64,000 bases of DNA from Candidatus Micrarchaeota archaeon (lineage in GTDB: Archaea > Micrarchaeota > Micrarchaeia > Anstonellales > Bilamarchaeaceae), in the NCBI GenBank assembly GCA_964590665.1, contig CAZPWA010000001.1, positions 12,483 to 76,482 on the forward strand, read 5' to 3'. This document shows, one piece after another, positions 20,488-29,980 of this stretch. The stretch's first letter is position 1, and each line of letters begins with the position of its first letter. The position numbers were made by a program, and so were the translations under genes. The notes beneath the pieces were generated by a model that did not search any database, was not told where the DNA came from, and was given only the letters and a program-made list of their open reading frames with translations.

Positions 20488-21231
20488 TTATTTCTCTTTA
20501 TTCCATTCATCTTTGCTGTATTTTATTTGGGACAGTTCTTGTGCCCTTTTTATTTCTTTTTCTGTCAAACTATCAAATTCGATTTCTTTGTTTTGTGTGA
20601 ATCCAAAAACCAATGCCCTATAAAGTTCATCTTTAGAAATTTGCTTTTGCTCATAAACACTAGTTACCCTTTCCTTCACAGTACTTATCATTTTGTCTTT
20701 GATTTTTTCATCAGAAACCTTCAAAAGTGAAAACATTTTTTCAACATCTACCTTATACAAAATTGTTCCGTGCTGGAGTAAAATTCCATTGCGTCGGGTT
20801 TGTGCATTTCCTGAGATCTTTTTTTCATTTACTATTATGTCGTTTATTGGTTTGAATTGTGCATTAATTCCAATTTTTGATAATGAGTCTATAATACTTT
20901 GACAAATCAGTTTATACGAGTCTATTATCCCCTTGGGAAAATTTTCTTCTTTTGCAATTATGCTGTAGGTTATTTCTCCCTCTGCATCATGGTATACTGC
21001 GCCGCCACCTGTTCTTCTGCGAACAAATTCGACTCCCATTTCTTTGCATTTTTTCAAATCCACTTCCTTTTCCAAGCTTTGAAAATACCCTATTGAAATG
21101 GCACTTGGCCTCCACCCATAGAATCTGATTGTTGGTCTTTGTCCATCTAAAACCGATTCGCAAACTGCTTCATCTATTGCCATGTTCATTGAAGCATTAT
21201 TTTGAGTGTATTCAATTATTCGCCACTTCAT
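20488..21231 (-). CDS. lplA: Lipoate-protein ligase A, catalytic domain
   Basis: NMAIDEA, SIGYFQ, RRRTGGGAVYHD, KKISGNAQ, LQHGT. Confidence 0.9.
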   Translation of the reverse strand: MKWRIIEYTQNNASMNMAIDEAVCESVLDGQRPTIRFYGWRPSAISIGYFQSLEKEVDLKKCKEMGVEFVRRRTGGGAVYHDAEGEITYSIIAKEENFPKGIIDSYKLICQSIIDSLSKIGINAQFKPINDIIVNEKKISGNAQTRRNGILLQHGTILYKVDVEKMFSLLKVSDEKIKDKMISTVKERVTSVYEQKQISKDELYRALVFGFTQNKEIEFDSLTEKEIKRAQELSQIKYSKDEWNKEK

Positions 21232-21530
21232 TGGTTTCTTCCCCTCTTAATTATTTTTGCTATGTCTTTGGCACTAAATCCGGCAAATTCGCAGTTTTGC
21301 AATTCCTCTTCTATTAATTTTTCTAATTCGCTTTCGCTTTTATCTAGATCAAATTCCGCCACTTTGCTCTCTATCTTTTTTATTTTCTCTTCAGGATGCA
21401 AAAAAAAGTCCCCGCATATTCTTATTTTTCCTATTTTTTTTGGGTTTTGCATATCTAAAAAATAAATATAAACAAGTTTACCTCCGCTTATTTTTTCCTC
21501 AATCATATGAATATTTTTTTCTTTTTCCAC
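21228..21530 (-). CDS. Lipoate-protein ligase C-terminal accessory subunit (LplB-like)
   Basis: KISGGKLV, I.GDFFLHPEE..IE; 4-nt overlap with lplA. Confidence 0.82.
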   Translation of the reverse strand: MEKEKNIHMIEEKISGGKLVYIYFLDMQNPKKIGKIRICGDFFLHPEEKIKKIESKVAEFDLDKSESELEKLIEEELQNCEFAGFSAKDIAKIIKRGRNQ

Positions 21531-21585
21531 AATTGCTTTTTCTACGCTAACAAATATTAATCTTTAATTGAAAATTCATCTTGAT

Positions 21586-22344
21586 ATGGAAAATCCTCCT
21601 TCGGTTCGTTTTGTTACTATAAAAGATTCAATCTACAAAGTCCTCTACTTTGAAAAAAAAGCCAAGCGTGCACGTTCAACCCTTAAGACTTCAAATGAGC
21701 TTCACATAAAAATTCCTCTTCACTGGAAAGATTCAATAAAAAACAAAGTGTATTTGGAGCTTCTTGAAAAAAGCATAAAATCCATTGAAAATGGAAAGTG
21801 GTCTGCCCCTATAAATTCTACTTATTCCTTTTTCGATGGTCAAAAAATTGTCATTTTAGGCAATGATCACATGATTTCCATCCGTCACTCTCCTGGTCAA
21901 AAACGAGCAGCTTTCGGTGATTTGGGTACAGTTTTGGATTTTGTATTTCCCGCTGATTTTGATCAATCACGCATTTCAAAATTTATTGATAAAAAGATTG
22001 AGGAAAAATTTCTCCCTCTTTTATCCAATCGGATAAATTCCTTAAATTTTAATTTAGGCTTCAACAAATCCATTTCACGGCTTATAATCCGTAATAATAG
22101 ATCAACGTGGGGAAGCTGCTCCAGAAAAGGTACAATAACCATAAACTTCAAGCTATTTTTTCTTCCCTTGAAAATTCTTGACTATGTAATAATTCATGAA
22201 CTTTCCCACTTTGATCATCCTCACCATGGCAAATCCTTCTGGAACTGTGTGAAAAATGCATGTCCTGAATATAAGGATGCCTCCATCTGGCTCAAAAAAG
22301 AATCTTCCCGTTACCTTTTTTCTATTTTTTCAAGACAAACCTAA
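21586..22344 (+). CDS. YgjP/DUF45 family zinc metallohydrolase
   Basis: RSTWGSCS, DYVIIHELSH..HPHHGKSFW. Confidence 0.88.
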   Translation: MENPPSVRFVTIKDSIYKVLYFEKKAKRARSTLKTSNELHIKIPLHWKDSIKNKVYLELLEKSIKSIENGKWSAPINSTYSFFDGQKIVILGNDHMISIRHSPGQKRAAFGDLGTVLDFVFPADFDQSRISKFIDKKIEEKFLPLLSNRINSLNFNLGFNKSISRLIIRNNRSTWGSCSRKGTITINFKLFFLPLKILDYVIIHELSHFDHPHHGKSFWNCVKNACPEYKDASIWLKKESSRYLFSIFSRQT

Positions 22345-22381
22345 AAAAACAAATATAAATATTGACCTCTTATTAGTTTTG

Positions 22382-24484
22382 ATGTCCTTTATAAAAAAAT
22401 CTCTTTTGATTGTTTTGTTGCTATTTGGCCTCTTTAGTGCTGCAAATCTAAGTTCTTTTTTATATTCAAATGAATCTGCTTCAAATCTCACTTATCAAAA
22501 TTTCACAAAAAACGGTACCTCTTATTCTCTTGTTCTTATTTCCTCCAATCCGACTTTCCTTCTTGTTAATGGAGAGCTTTCTGTAAATAGAAGTGAAATC
22601 CAATCCACTGTTCGTGAGTATTACTTAAACAATTTTTATCCAAATTCTTCCGAACTTGACAATCTTAAAAATTTAATTGATCGCTTCAATAAAAGTCGAA
22701 ATGATGGTTTTAATGGTACTTCATTTGCAAATAAAGAGGAATATGTTTGCCGAAATGAAGTTCTTGCCTCAAATGGCCGAGTTACTATCCTCGGAGAACC
22801 TTTAGTTTGCAAAGATCAAGCATCTTGTCAGCGAATTGCCCAAATGCTTTTTGGTGTTTGGAATGAAGCGGGACTTCGTTTAGGTTCCCCAACTGTTATT
22901 TACGATGGACTTATTCTTTTCACTCCATCCAGTCTTGCCATGGATTCGCTTTTGTCCAATTTCACTACTCGCCTTTCTAGTTCCAATGAAAATAATATTT
23001 ATGATAATCTTGAATATATTAGGTCAAATGCTGATCTTTTAACCGGCTATACGGATAAAATTGAAAAAACTGTTTTTAGAACTCCTCGTCCAAATGATCA
23101 GGCTGATCGGACTGCCTGCATTGGTAGATGTTACGGTCTTTGTCCTGCTATGGACCTAGATCAGGCTCTTATTCCACAAATCAAAAACGCTGCTGCAAAC
23201 ATTTCTGCAAAAGCCCGTTTCCTTAAAAATTATGATCTTTATTCTAATCTCGTATTTAATGAAACCTTGAATCGAATTTCATTCAGCAATAATGAATCTG
23301 CGGCCAAGCAATATATTGCGGCTTTTAACAGCATCAATTCCTCTTCTAGGGAACTTGTTCGAAAAAATGGCCAGCTTCTTCAACTTGTTGATTCTCCTCC
23401 TCTTGAATCAACCTACAATCGATATTTGAGCCTCTCTTCATCAATTCCAACCCAAATAAACTCGCGAAACTTCACTCAGATAGATTCAAAACTCTCTGAA
23501 ATGCAAGCTGCTTCAGATGATTTGGTTCAACTATATCAAAATATCTCATATTCGTTTGAACTGACCAAAAACGCTTCTCGTGATGCAAATAAACAAATCC
23601 TTTTCCTCTCTTCAAAAGATCTGGATCCTTCAACTTCTGCTTCGTTGGACCTTCTTAAGGAACGGGTCAACTCATTAAATTCCCGATTTGGGTCTAAAGT
23701 TCCTGCCTCCTCTTTAGGATCTATGGAAGCAAACTACTCTCAACTTCTAAATGAATCGACTGCTATTTTGGAGTCGGATACTGAAGTTCCTACTTCCAAA
23801 GCAACCAATCTTCTACGTTCTTTATCAAAGAAAACTAATTATGGTTTGCTTGATTTTATTTCGCAAACCCACATGAATGTTGCGCCTGACAACTTGTTCA
23901 TCATTCTTTCCGTTCTGCTCTTTTTGGGCTTCTCCTCTCTTTTTGCCTTGATTTTCTTCTATTCTGTTCTTTCACTTAGGGCAATTTCAAGTCAATTTAG
24001 ACAAGTGATGATGTTTGTATTTATTGCGGTAATGGTCGGTTTGCTTTTCTTTTCAACCACTTCGTTTGTGTTTTTCAAAAAGACCTCGACGGATTCAAAC
24101 GTCGCCGAGTATTTGTCTGATTTCAAATCTAAAAATTCCGTTGCAATCGTTGTTGATGGCGGATCCAACGTGCAAGTTTCCCCGGCTATGCTCTCGTGTG
24201 CGCAAATGATCTCAAATTCTCTTTCTTCCCAAAATAAGAGCGTCTGGGTTTATTCTTTAAAATCTGATTCGTGCAGCATCTCTTCTATTTCTGGAAACAG
24301 TTCGGATACCTTATCTGCCTGCAATTCCTCAATCTCCAGGTCCGATTCTAAAATTTTCTTAAAAGCTGATTCTTCTGGAGCTTTGGTTGACCCTATGTTT
24401 TCAGCTATCTACGACAATCATGCAACGTATTTGGGAAATGCGCAGTACTTTAATTACTGCTATCCATTAAATCTTTATTCGTGA
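22382..24484 (+). CDS. Large secreted/membrane hypothetical protein (signal peptide, helical ectodomain, 2 TM, C-terminal Cys domain)
   Basis: Signal-like MSFIKKSLLIVLLLFGLFSA, many N-x-S/T sequons, paired Cys, two hydrophobic segments. Confidence 0.75.
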   Translation: MSFIKKSLLIVLLLFGLFSAANLSSFLYSNESASNLTYQNFTKNGTSYSLVLISSNPTFLLVNGELSVNRSEIQSTVREYYLNNFYPNSSELDNLKNLIDRFNKSRNDGFNGTSFANKEEYVCRNEVLASNGRVTILGEPLVCKDQASCQRIAQMLFGVWNEAGLRLGSPTVIYDGLILFTPSSLAMDSLLSNFTTRLSSSNENNIYDNLEYIRSNADLLTGYTDKIEKTVFRTPRPNDQADRTACIGRCYGLCPAMDLDQALIPQIKNAAANISAKARFLKNYDLYSNLVFNETLNRISFSNNESAAKQYIAAFNSINSSSRELVRKNGQLLQLVDSPPLESTYNRYLSLSSSIPTQINSRNFTQIDSKLSEMQAASDDLVQLYQNISYSFELTKNASRDANKQILFLSSKDLDPSTSASLDLLKERVNSLNSRFGSKVPASSLGSMEANYSQLLNESTAILESDTEVPTSKATNLLRSLSKKTNYGLLDFISQTHMNVAPDNLFIILSVLLFLGFSSLFALIFFYSVLSLRAISSQFRQVMMFVFIAVMVGLLFFSTTSFVFFKKTSTDSNVAEYLSDFKSKNSVAIVVDGGSNVQVSPAMLSCAQMISNSLSSQNKSVWVYSLKSDSCSISSISGNSSDTLSACNSSISRSDSKIFLKADSSGALVDPMFSAIYDNHATYLGNAQYFNYCYPLNLYS

Positions 24485-24488
24485 TTAT

Positions 24489-24962
24489 ATGTTATCTGAC
24501 CGAAACAAAACTCTCGTAGTTGTCTTTCTTGGGATTCTTTGCGTGGTATTAACGTATTTTCTTTTATTTTCCAAATCCCTTTCCTTCACTCCTTCTTCTC
24601 AAATAACCTCCAGCGAATTTGCCTCTGTTTTTCAAAACAGCTCAAAAGTCGTAATTTTAATGGATGTTCGATCCGTCTCTGATGATACTTTGCGCTCAAA
24701 TATTCTTCAGTGCGGAGTTGATTTTGCCGGAAGCTCTGGTTTTGGCGGAAAAAGCGTTTCTTATCGGTCAATTGATGATTCTGAATGTGTGACTGATCTT
24801 GGAAGATTCGATCGCTCATTTTGTTTTTCAGATCTTTCTTCTTCCCTAACGATCTACATTCAACAAGGTAACTCTACTTCTTTCTATTCTAATGGGATGG
24901 TTGTTGGGGTTGGAAAATCATATCCTGTTGGATCATGTGCAATTCATGCAACCCGATCCTAA
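24489..24962 (+). CDS. Membrane-anchored hypothetical protein, paralogous to the C-terminal domain of the upstream gene
   Basis: N-terminal TM; Cys spacing and V-I-x-D strand match the upstream C-terminus. Confidence 0.7.
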   Translation: MLSDRNKTLVVVFLGILCVVLTYFLLFSKSLSFTPSSQITSSEFASVFQNSSKVVILMDVRSVSDDTLRSNILQCGVDFAGSSGFGGKSVSYRSIDDSECVTDLGRFDRSFCFSDLSSSLTIYIQQGNSTSFYSNGMVVGVGKSYPVGSCAIHATRS

Positions 24963-25055
24963 TTTTTATTAACTTCTACGTAATAAATTGTGTTTGAAAG
25001 ATAAAATTTTTAGAATTTGGCAAAATCAAATGGATCGTTCACATCTTGAATGCTC

Positions 25056-26264
25056 TCATCTGCTTTTATATCTTAAAAATGCCCCAAGTCCGCCAAATCC
25101 GCTTAGAAATTGAGCTCCTTCTACTGTTTCAGTTGAAATTATTTCAATTGGTATTTCTAGTTGGTGTGCCAAAGTACTCAAGTCATCAATTAGTGGTTGT
25201 TCCACATCTTTTTTCATGCTTGCCTTGCAGTTTTTGCATTCTAAAACGTCCGGCAATTTTTCCCTCGATGCTTTTGTTTCTGTGCTTGAGCATTCAGGAC
25301 AAATGTAATTTGCGCTGTTATAGTTTAGTCCTTCTGAAATAAGTATTTTCTCTGCCTGTTTTGTTGTTATTGCATCTCTTACTTGTTTTTCGCCATATAT
25401 TGCAAGTCCATCGCTAACAACTTCTTTTATGAATCTATCAACAAGTATTTTTTCCTTTACTGCTTCTTGTTTTTCAAGTATTGCTTCGCTTTTTGCCAAA
25501 ACTTCACGAATTCCATATTCATCCGTGTATCCAGTATCAACTACTCCCATTACTTTAATTTGGTAATTGAACGGAGACATTTTCATGAAAAAATCCTTTG
25601 TTGGTCCAGGTCCGCCAACAACTACTCCTTTAACTCTATTTACATATGCTTCATCCATCGCTTCTCCTACTCGTTTGTAGTAAAGCTCAATGGATTCTTC
25701 AATAAGTCTTTCATAACGCCTAGCACTTTGTCCTCCTTTTCTGATTTTTGCGTGCGCAGTTGAGTTTAATTTTTTAATGATTTGAACGTTGGTTCCACGA
25801 ACAATTGCAACTGTGGCTTCTCGTCCATCTAAAACGACCACTCCGTATGATTCAGTGTTTTCTGTAAGGTTTTTAAGAGGGTCCAAAAAGAATTTGCTAT
25901 CGCACCTATAAGCTCCAATTGAAAGAGGCTCTGGCGGCTCAAGTGCAAAGAGTTCTATGTCTATTTTTGCAGGATTGTCTGAAATGTTTCCACAAAATAT
26001 CGCAAGTCCGTTTTTAGGGGGCTTGTTTCCGTAGATTTTGAAATGGTTCATAATTCGCTCTAATGCGCCAAGAACATTGGTTTTTGTTGATTTTGATTTA
26101 ATGTTGCTTGCCTGGCTCATTTCTTCTCTTAACTTGTTTCCCATTTCATGAATTGCAGATCCTGCTGCAATATAAACAGTAATCAACTCGGTACCGCTAC
26201 CGCGCATACTCTCGAGTTTTCTAAGTTCTTTTTTAAGTTTATACATTTTTTCGCTATCAATCAT
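25056..26264 (-). CDS. prf1: Peptide chain release factor aRF1
   Basis: GSGTELI, ASNIKSK, YRCDSKF, KGGQSARR. Confidence 0.97.
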   Translation of the reverse strand: MIDSEKMYKLKKELRKLESMRGSGTELITVYIAAGSAIHEMGNKLREEMSQASNIKSKSTKTNVLGALERIMNHFKIYGNKPPKNGLAIFCGNISDNPAKIDIELFALEPPEPLSIGAYRCDSKFFLDPLKNLTENTESYGVVVLDGREATVAIVRGTNVQIIKKLNSTAHAKIRKGGQSARRYERLIEESIELYYKRVGEAMDEAYVNRVKGVVVGGPGPTKDFFMKMSPFNYQIKVMGVVDTGYTDEYGIREVLAKSEAILEKQEAVKEKILVDRFIKEVVSDGLAIYGEKQVRDAITTKQAEKILISEGLNYNSANYICPECSSTETKASREKLPDVLECKNCKASMKKDVEQPLIDDLSTLAHQLEIPIEIISTETVEGAQFLSGFGGLGAFLRYKSR

Positions 26265-26275
26265 TCTAAGTACAC

Positions 26276-27403
26276 CTAACTTTCTGACCAATATATCTCA
26301 TTTCTTGCTTTTATTGCTTTCTCTAAGGCATTTTCACCCAAAATTGTGATGTGGCCCATCTTTCTTTTGTTTTTTGCCTCTCCTTTATCATATAAATGAA
26401 GATAAAATTCCTTGCCTAATTTTTCCGTCCCCCGAAGTTTATTCCCTTTGGATTGACCAAGAATATTTATCATTGCTGCATTTTTTACTAATTTTATTTC
26501 TTTCATTTCCAAGTTACAAACTGCTCTTAATTGCGCTTCAAACTGCGAGCAATTTGCTGCCTCTATTGTGAGGTGCCCTGAATTGTGTGGCCGCGGAGCA
26601 ATCTCATTAATCAAAACTTCTCCTTTTTTATCTATAAACATCTCAACACAATATGTTCCAACTATTTTCAATTCCTTTCCTATTTTTTGTGCGTATTCTC
26701 TTGCTTTTTTTTCCTGTTTTTCATTTATTTTTGCCGGGCAAATTGTTGTAAATAATATGTTATCTTTGTGAACATTTTCAAAAACCGGATATGTACTCAT
26801 CTGACCTCTTTCATTTTGTGCGCAAATTACTGATATCTCTTTTTCAAGTTCAATCATTTTTTCAAAAATCAATTCATTATTGTTTTTAAGAAATTCATTT
26901 ACTGCTTTTTGAGCTTCTTCTTTAGTAAATACGATTTTTTGTCCTTTTCCGTCATACCCACCATCTGCGGTTTTTATGACTGATGGGAGTCCTATTTTTT
27001 CCATTGCTTCTTCCAATTCCTCGTTGTTTGTTATTCTCCAAAAAGGGGTTACATTAATTCCAATTTTTTTAACAAATTCCTTTTCCCTTATTCTATTTTG
27101 TGTAATTTTTAGCGCTCTTGGATTTGGGTGAATCTTGACTTCTTTTTCTATTTTTTGGAGAACTTTTGCATCTACATTTTCAAATTCGTATGTAATTACT
27201 GAAACTTTGTGTGCGATTTTTTTGAGCGCTTCAATATCTGAATACGGTGCTACAACTAATTCATCCGCTATTTTTCCTGCACAGCACTCTTTAGACGGAT
27301 CCAAAACTATTACTTTGTATCCTTCTTTGTGCGCAGCTTCAATAAACATTCTTCCTAATTGGCCGCCGCCAATCATTCCAATTGTCTTTTCCTTATTTTC
27401 CAA
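26276..27403 (-). CDS. purK: N5-carboxyaminoimidazole ribonucleotide synthase
   Basis: GGGQLGRM, TYEFENV, GGYDGKGQ, NEIAPRPHNSGH, HLYDK...RKMGH. Confidence 0.96.
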   Translation of the reverse strand: MENKEKTIGMIGGGQLGRMFIEAAHKEGYKVIVLDPSKECCAGKIADELVVAPYSDIEALKKIAHKVSVITYEFENVDAKVLQKIEKEVKIHPNPRALKITQNRIREKEFVKKIGINVTPFWRITNNEELEEAMEKIGLPSVIKTADGGYDGKGQKIVFTKEEAQKAVNEFLKNNNELIFEKMIELEKEISVICAQNERGQMSTYPVFENVHKDNILFTTICPAKINEKQEKKAREYAQKIGKELKIVGTYCVEMFIDKKGEVLINEIAPRPHNSGHLTIEAANCSQFEAQLRAVCNLEMKEIKLVKNAAMINILGQSKGNKLRGTEKLGKEFYLHLYDKGEAKNKRKMGHITILGENALEKAIKARNEIYWSES

Positions 27404-27414
27404 GTTTTTCCCTC

Positions 27415-27900
27415 TTAGATTTTTATTGCCTTGACTTCTTGTGCGGTTGTTTCCATCTGCTCTTTAAGTTTTTTTGAAATTTCCGGGTATTTAATTGAAA
27501 GAATTCTTGCCGCTAAAAGTGCTGCATTTGTTGAATTTCCAATTGCAACGGTTGCAACCGGAACTCCCTTCGGCATTTGAACTATCGATAAAAGCGAATC
27601 CATTCCTTTAAGTGCCTTTGATTCAACGGGGACTCCAATTACTGGTAGTGTTGTCATGGATGCAGTCATTCCCGGTAAATGGGCTGCACCTCCTGCTCCG
27701 GCTATTATAACTTCCAAACCTCTTTTTTGGGCGCTATTGGCGTATTCGTACATCAAATCCGGTGTTCTATGTGCAGAAACAACCCTCATTTCAAAGGGAA
27801 TCTTCATTTTTTCGAGTGTTTGTGCTGCTCCTTCCATGGTTTCCAAATCGCTTTTACTTCCCATAATTATTCCAACTAATGGTTGCTTTAAAGAAGTCAT
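27415..27900 (-). CDS. purE: N5-CAIR mutase
   Basis: [38 protein letters not shown]. Confidence 0.97.
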   Translation of the reverse strand: MTSLKQPLVGIIMGSKSDLETMEGAAQTLEKMKIPFEMRVVSAHRTPDLMYEYANSAQKRGLEVIIAGAGGAAHLPGMTASMTTLPVIGVPVESKALKGMDSLLSIVQMPKGVPVATVAIGNSTNAALLAARILSIKYPEISKKLKEQMETTAQEVKAIKI

Positions 27901-27934
27901 AATAAAAAGACGAAGAAAAAGAATAAAAAGTGCT

Positions 27935-28501
27935 TTATTGGAGGATTTCAACTTTCCCATCCAAATGGTATTTCATTGCGACGATTTTGAGTCCTTTGTG
28001 CATTGCTTCTTGGACAACTGGGCTTTTCTTGATTTCATGAATTACTTCTTTGACATTTTCATTTGCAAGCATTTCACATTCGCCTGGTTTATCCTTGCCT
28101 TTTTTGACTTTTGAAACTGATGGTTTGATTTTGTTTACAATTTCAGTAATGTTTGATTCCTTAAAATCATCGTATGCTGCTGCAACTGCGCCACATTTTT
28201 CATGTCCCATAACAATCAAAAGAGGAGTGTGCAAATGCCCAACTGCATATTCGATTGATCCAAGACCAATCTTATCAACTACATTTCCTGCGCTAATCAC
28301 TGTGAAAATGTCTCCAAGTCCCTGATCAAAAATATATTCTGGAACAACTCTTGAATCAGAGCATGAAACTATTGTTGCAATTGGTTTTTGCCCTGCTTTG
28401 AGCTCTTCTCTTCTTGAACTAAAATTTCTGTGTGCATTTTTGCCTTCAACAAACCTTTTGTTTCCTTCCATCAATACTGTTAGTGCTTCATGTCCGTTCA
28501 T
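27935..28501 (-). CDS. Beta-class carbonic anhydrase
   Basis: [31 protein letters not shown]. Confidence 0.95.
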   Translation of the reverse strand: MNGHEALTVLMEGNKRFVEGKNAHRNFSSRREELKAGQKPIATIVSCSDSRVVPEYIFDQGLGDIFTVISAGNVVDKIGLGSIEYAVGHLHTPLLIVMGHEKCGAVAAAYDDFKESNITEIVNKIKPSVSKVKKGKDKPGECEMLANENVKEVIHEIKKSPVVQEAMHKGLKIVAMKYHLDGKVEILQ

Positions 28502-28569
28502 AAAATTCACCATTTTTCTGATCTTTAATAATTAGATAAAATATAAAAAATTGAATGGTTTTGAAAAAA

Positions 28570-29730
28570 TTATTTTCCTAATATGCGGTATTTTGGATCG
28601 TATTCGATATCTGCGTTTATTCCCTGCGCATCGTTAACTAATCTTAATCCTTCTCCATCAAAACCAACTAAACTGATGGTTTCACCAGAGCTTGTTGCCT
28701 CTGCAATTTCTCTTATTTTCAGCAATCCTTCTCTTGTTGCTCTTGCTCTTGCAAGCGAGAGTGTTGTGTCCACAATGACTAGGTGCTTGGTCTCCTTTAC
28801 TCCTCCAACATGCCTTAGGGCATAGACTGTTGATCCTCCATCGTCAGATGAAATCTCAACTCTCCCATCCGCTTCATGATGAACCGTTACGTTAAATCCT
28901 TGATTGGGGAATAATCTAAACATGTATCTTGGACCATCCGGGGAAAGGGGTGCCAATCTTGCATCGACGCAACTTACTCCTCCAAGTTCTAACTTTGGAT
29001 GATTTGGATCCAAAACTTCTCTTAATTGACTTGGATCATATATGAAAATTGCGTGTGCATAATGGCTATTCATCGGCATATTTTCGTCTATTGCTCTTTT
29101 GACTACTTTTCCTAATTGTGCTTCTAATTCCTTTAATTTTGGGTGATATGTATAAAGGTTGAAACTTTCCGGTTTGTTCAATGCTTCGAGCATCAAAACT
29201 TCTGTACAAACTGCAGCAACAACTGTGATATTCTTTCTTACAATTATTTCTGCAAATTCACTATCCATCATTATTCTTCGTGCCTGTTCTCTTGAATTTT
29301 CCATTTCAGCACGAGGAGATTCGCAATCAGCAACTTTTTCTGAAACTCTTGAAACTAATTGGTTTACTATTTCTGGTTCTGAGTCTAACTTTCCGCTTGG
29401 ACTTTTGAGTGCTGCTTGTTTTGCGCTAACTGCTCCACATTTAAATGGCGCCCCATGTCCGAGAACGACAAACGCAGCCCCAACGCTCATGTTGTCTAAA
29501 ATCCTTCTTATTTCCTTCCTATTTCCATTATCTAGATCAACTGCCTGTCCTGCAACTCTTATGAATGAGCATCCACCAAGCCTTGATGGTCGATCTCTTG
29601 CTGCAAATCCAGTTTCTCTATTTGCAAGCCCATCTGCTAAAACTGCTAACGATTCTGGAATGCTTATTTTCTGATGTGCTTTAATTGCCCTTCTTACTTC
29701 TTAAACTCTATCAAGATGTAATCTAGACAT
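28570..29730 (-). pseudogene. Two-domain beta-carbonic-anhydrase-like gene with in-frame TAA at codon 10 (annotated ORF 29490-28570 is its 3' part)
   Basis: Reading from ATG 29730: MSRLHLDRV*EVRRAIK..., then open to 28570; FIRVAGQ and VVLGH...KCGAV in half 1; SCVDAR and GSTVYAL in half 2; GAGG 5' of ATG. Confidence 0.65.
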
Positions 29731-29980
29731 AAATTTCGCCTCTATTTGCTATTTATTGTTCTTTAACTAAGCTACAAGTGAAGCTAGTCAAAATCTTCTA
29801 AATTTATAATTAGTAAATTCTTTTTTAAACCTTTTCTTTCCACTAAATAACACACTAAAATTGACGGTTATACCCATAACTTTATACTTTGCTCCATTTT
29901 AAAAAGATTCCGCACCTTCCTCCCTTTTCTCACTTCTTTTTTATATATCTTTAAAAACTATCTTCGCCAATTTCTCTTTT

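Noticed and set aside
10701..21530. Integrated element at tRNA-Pro
   Set aside because: No integrase or transposase, and I found no duplicated tRNA 3' end.
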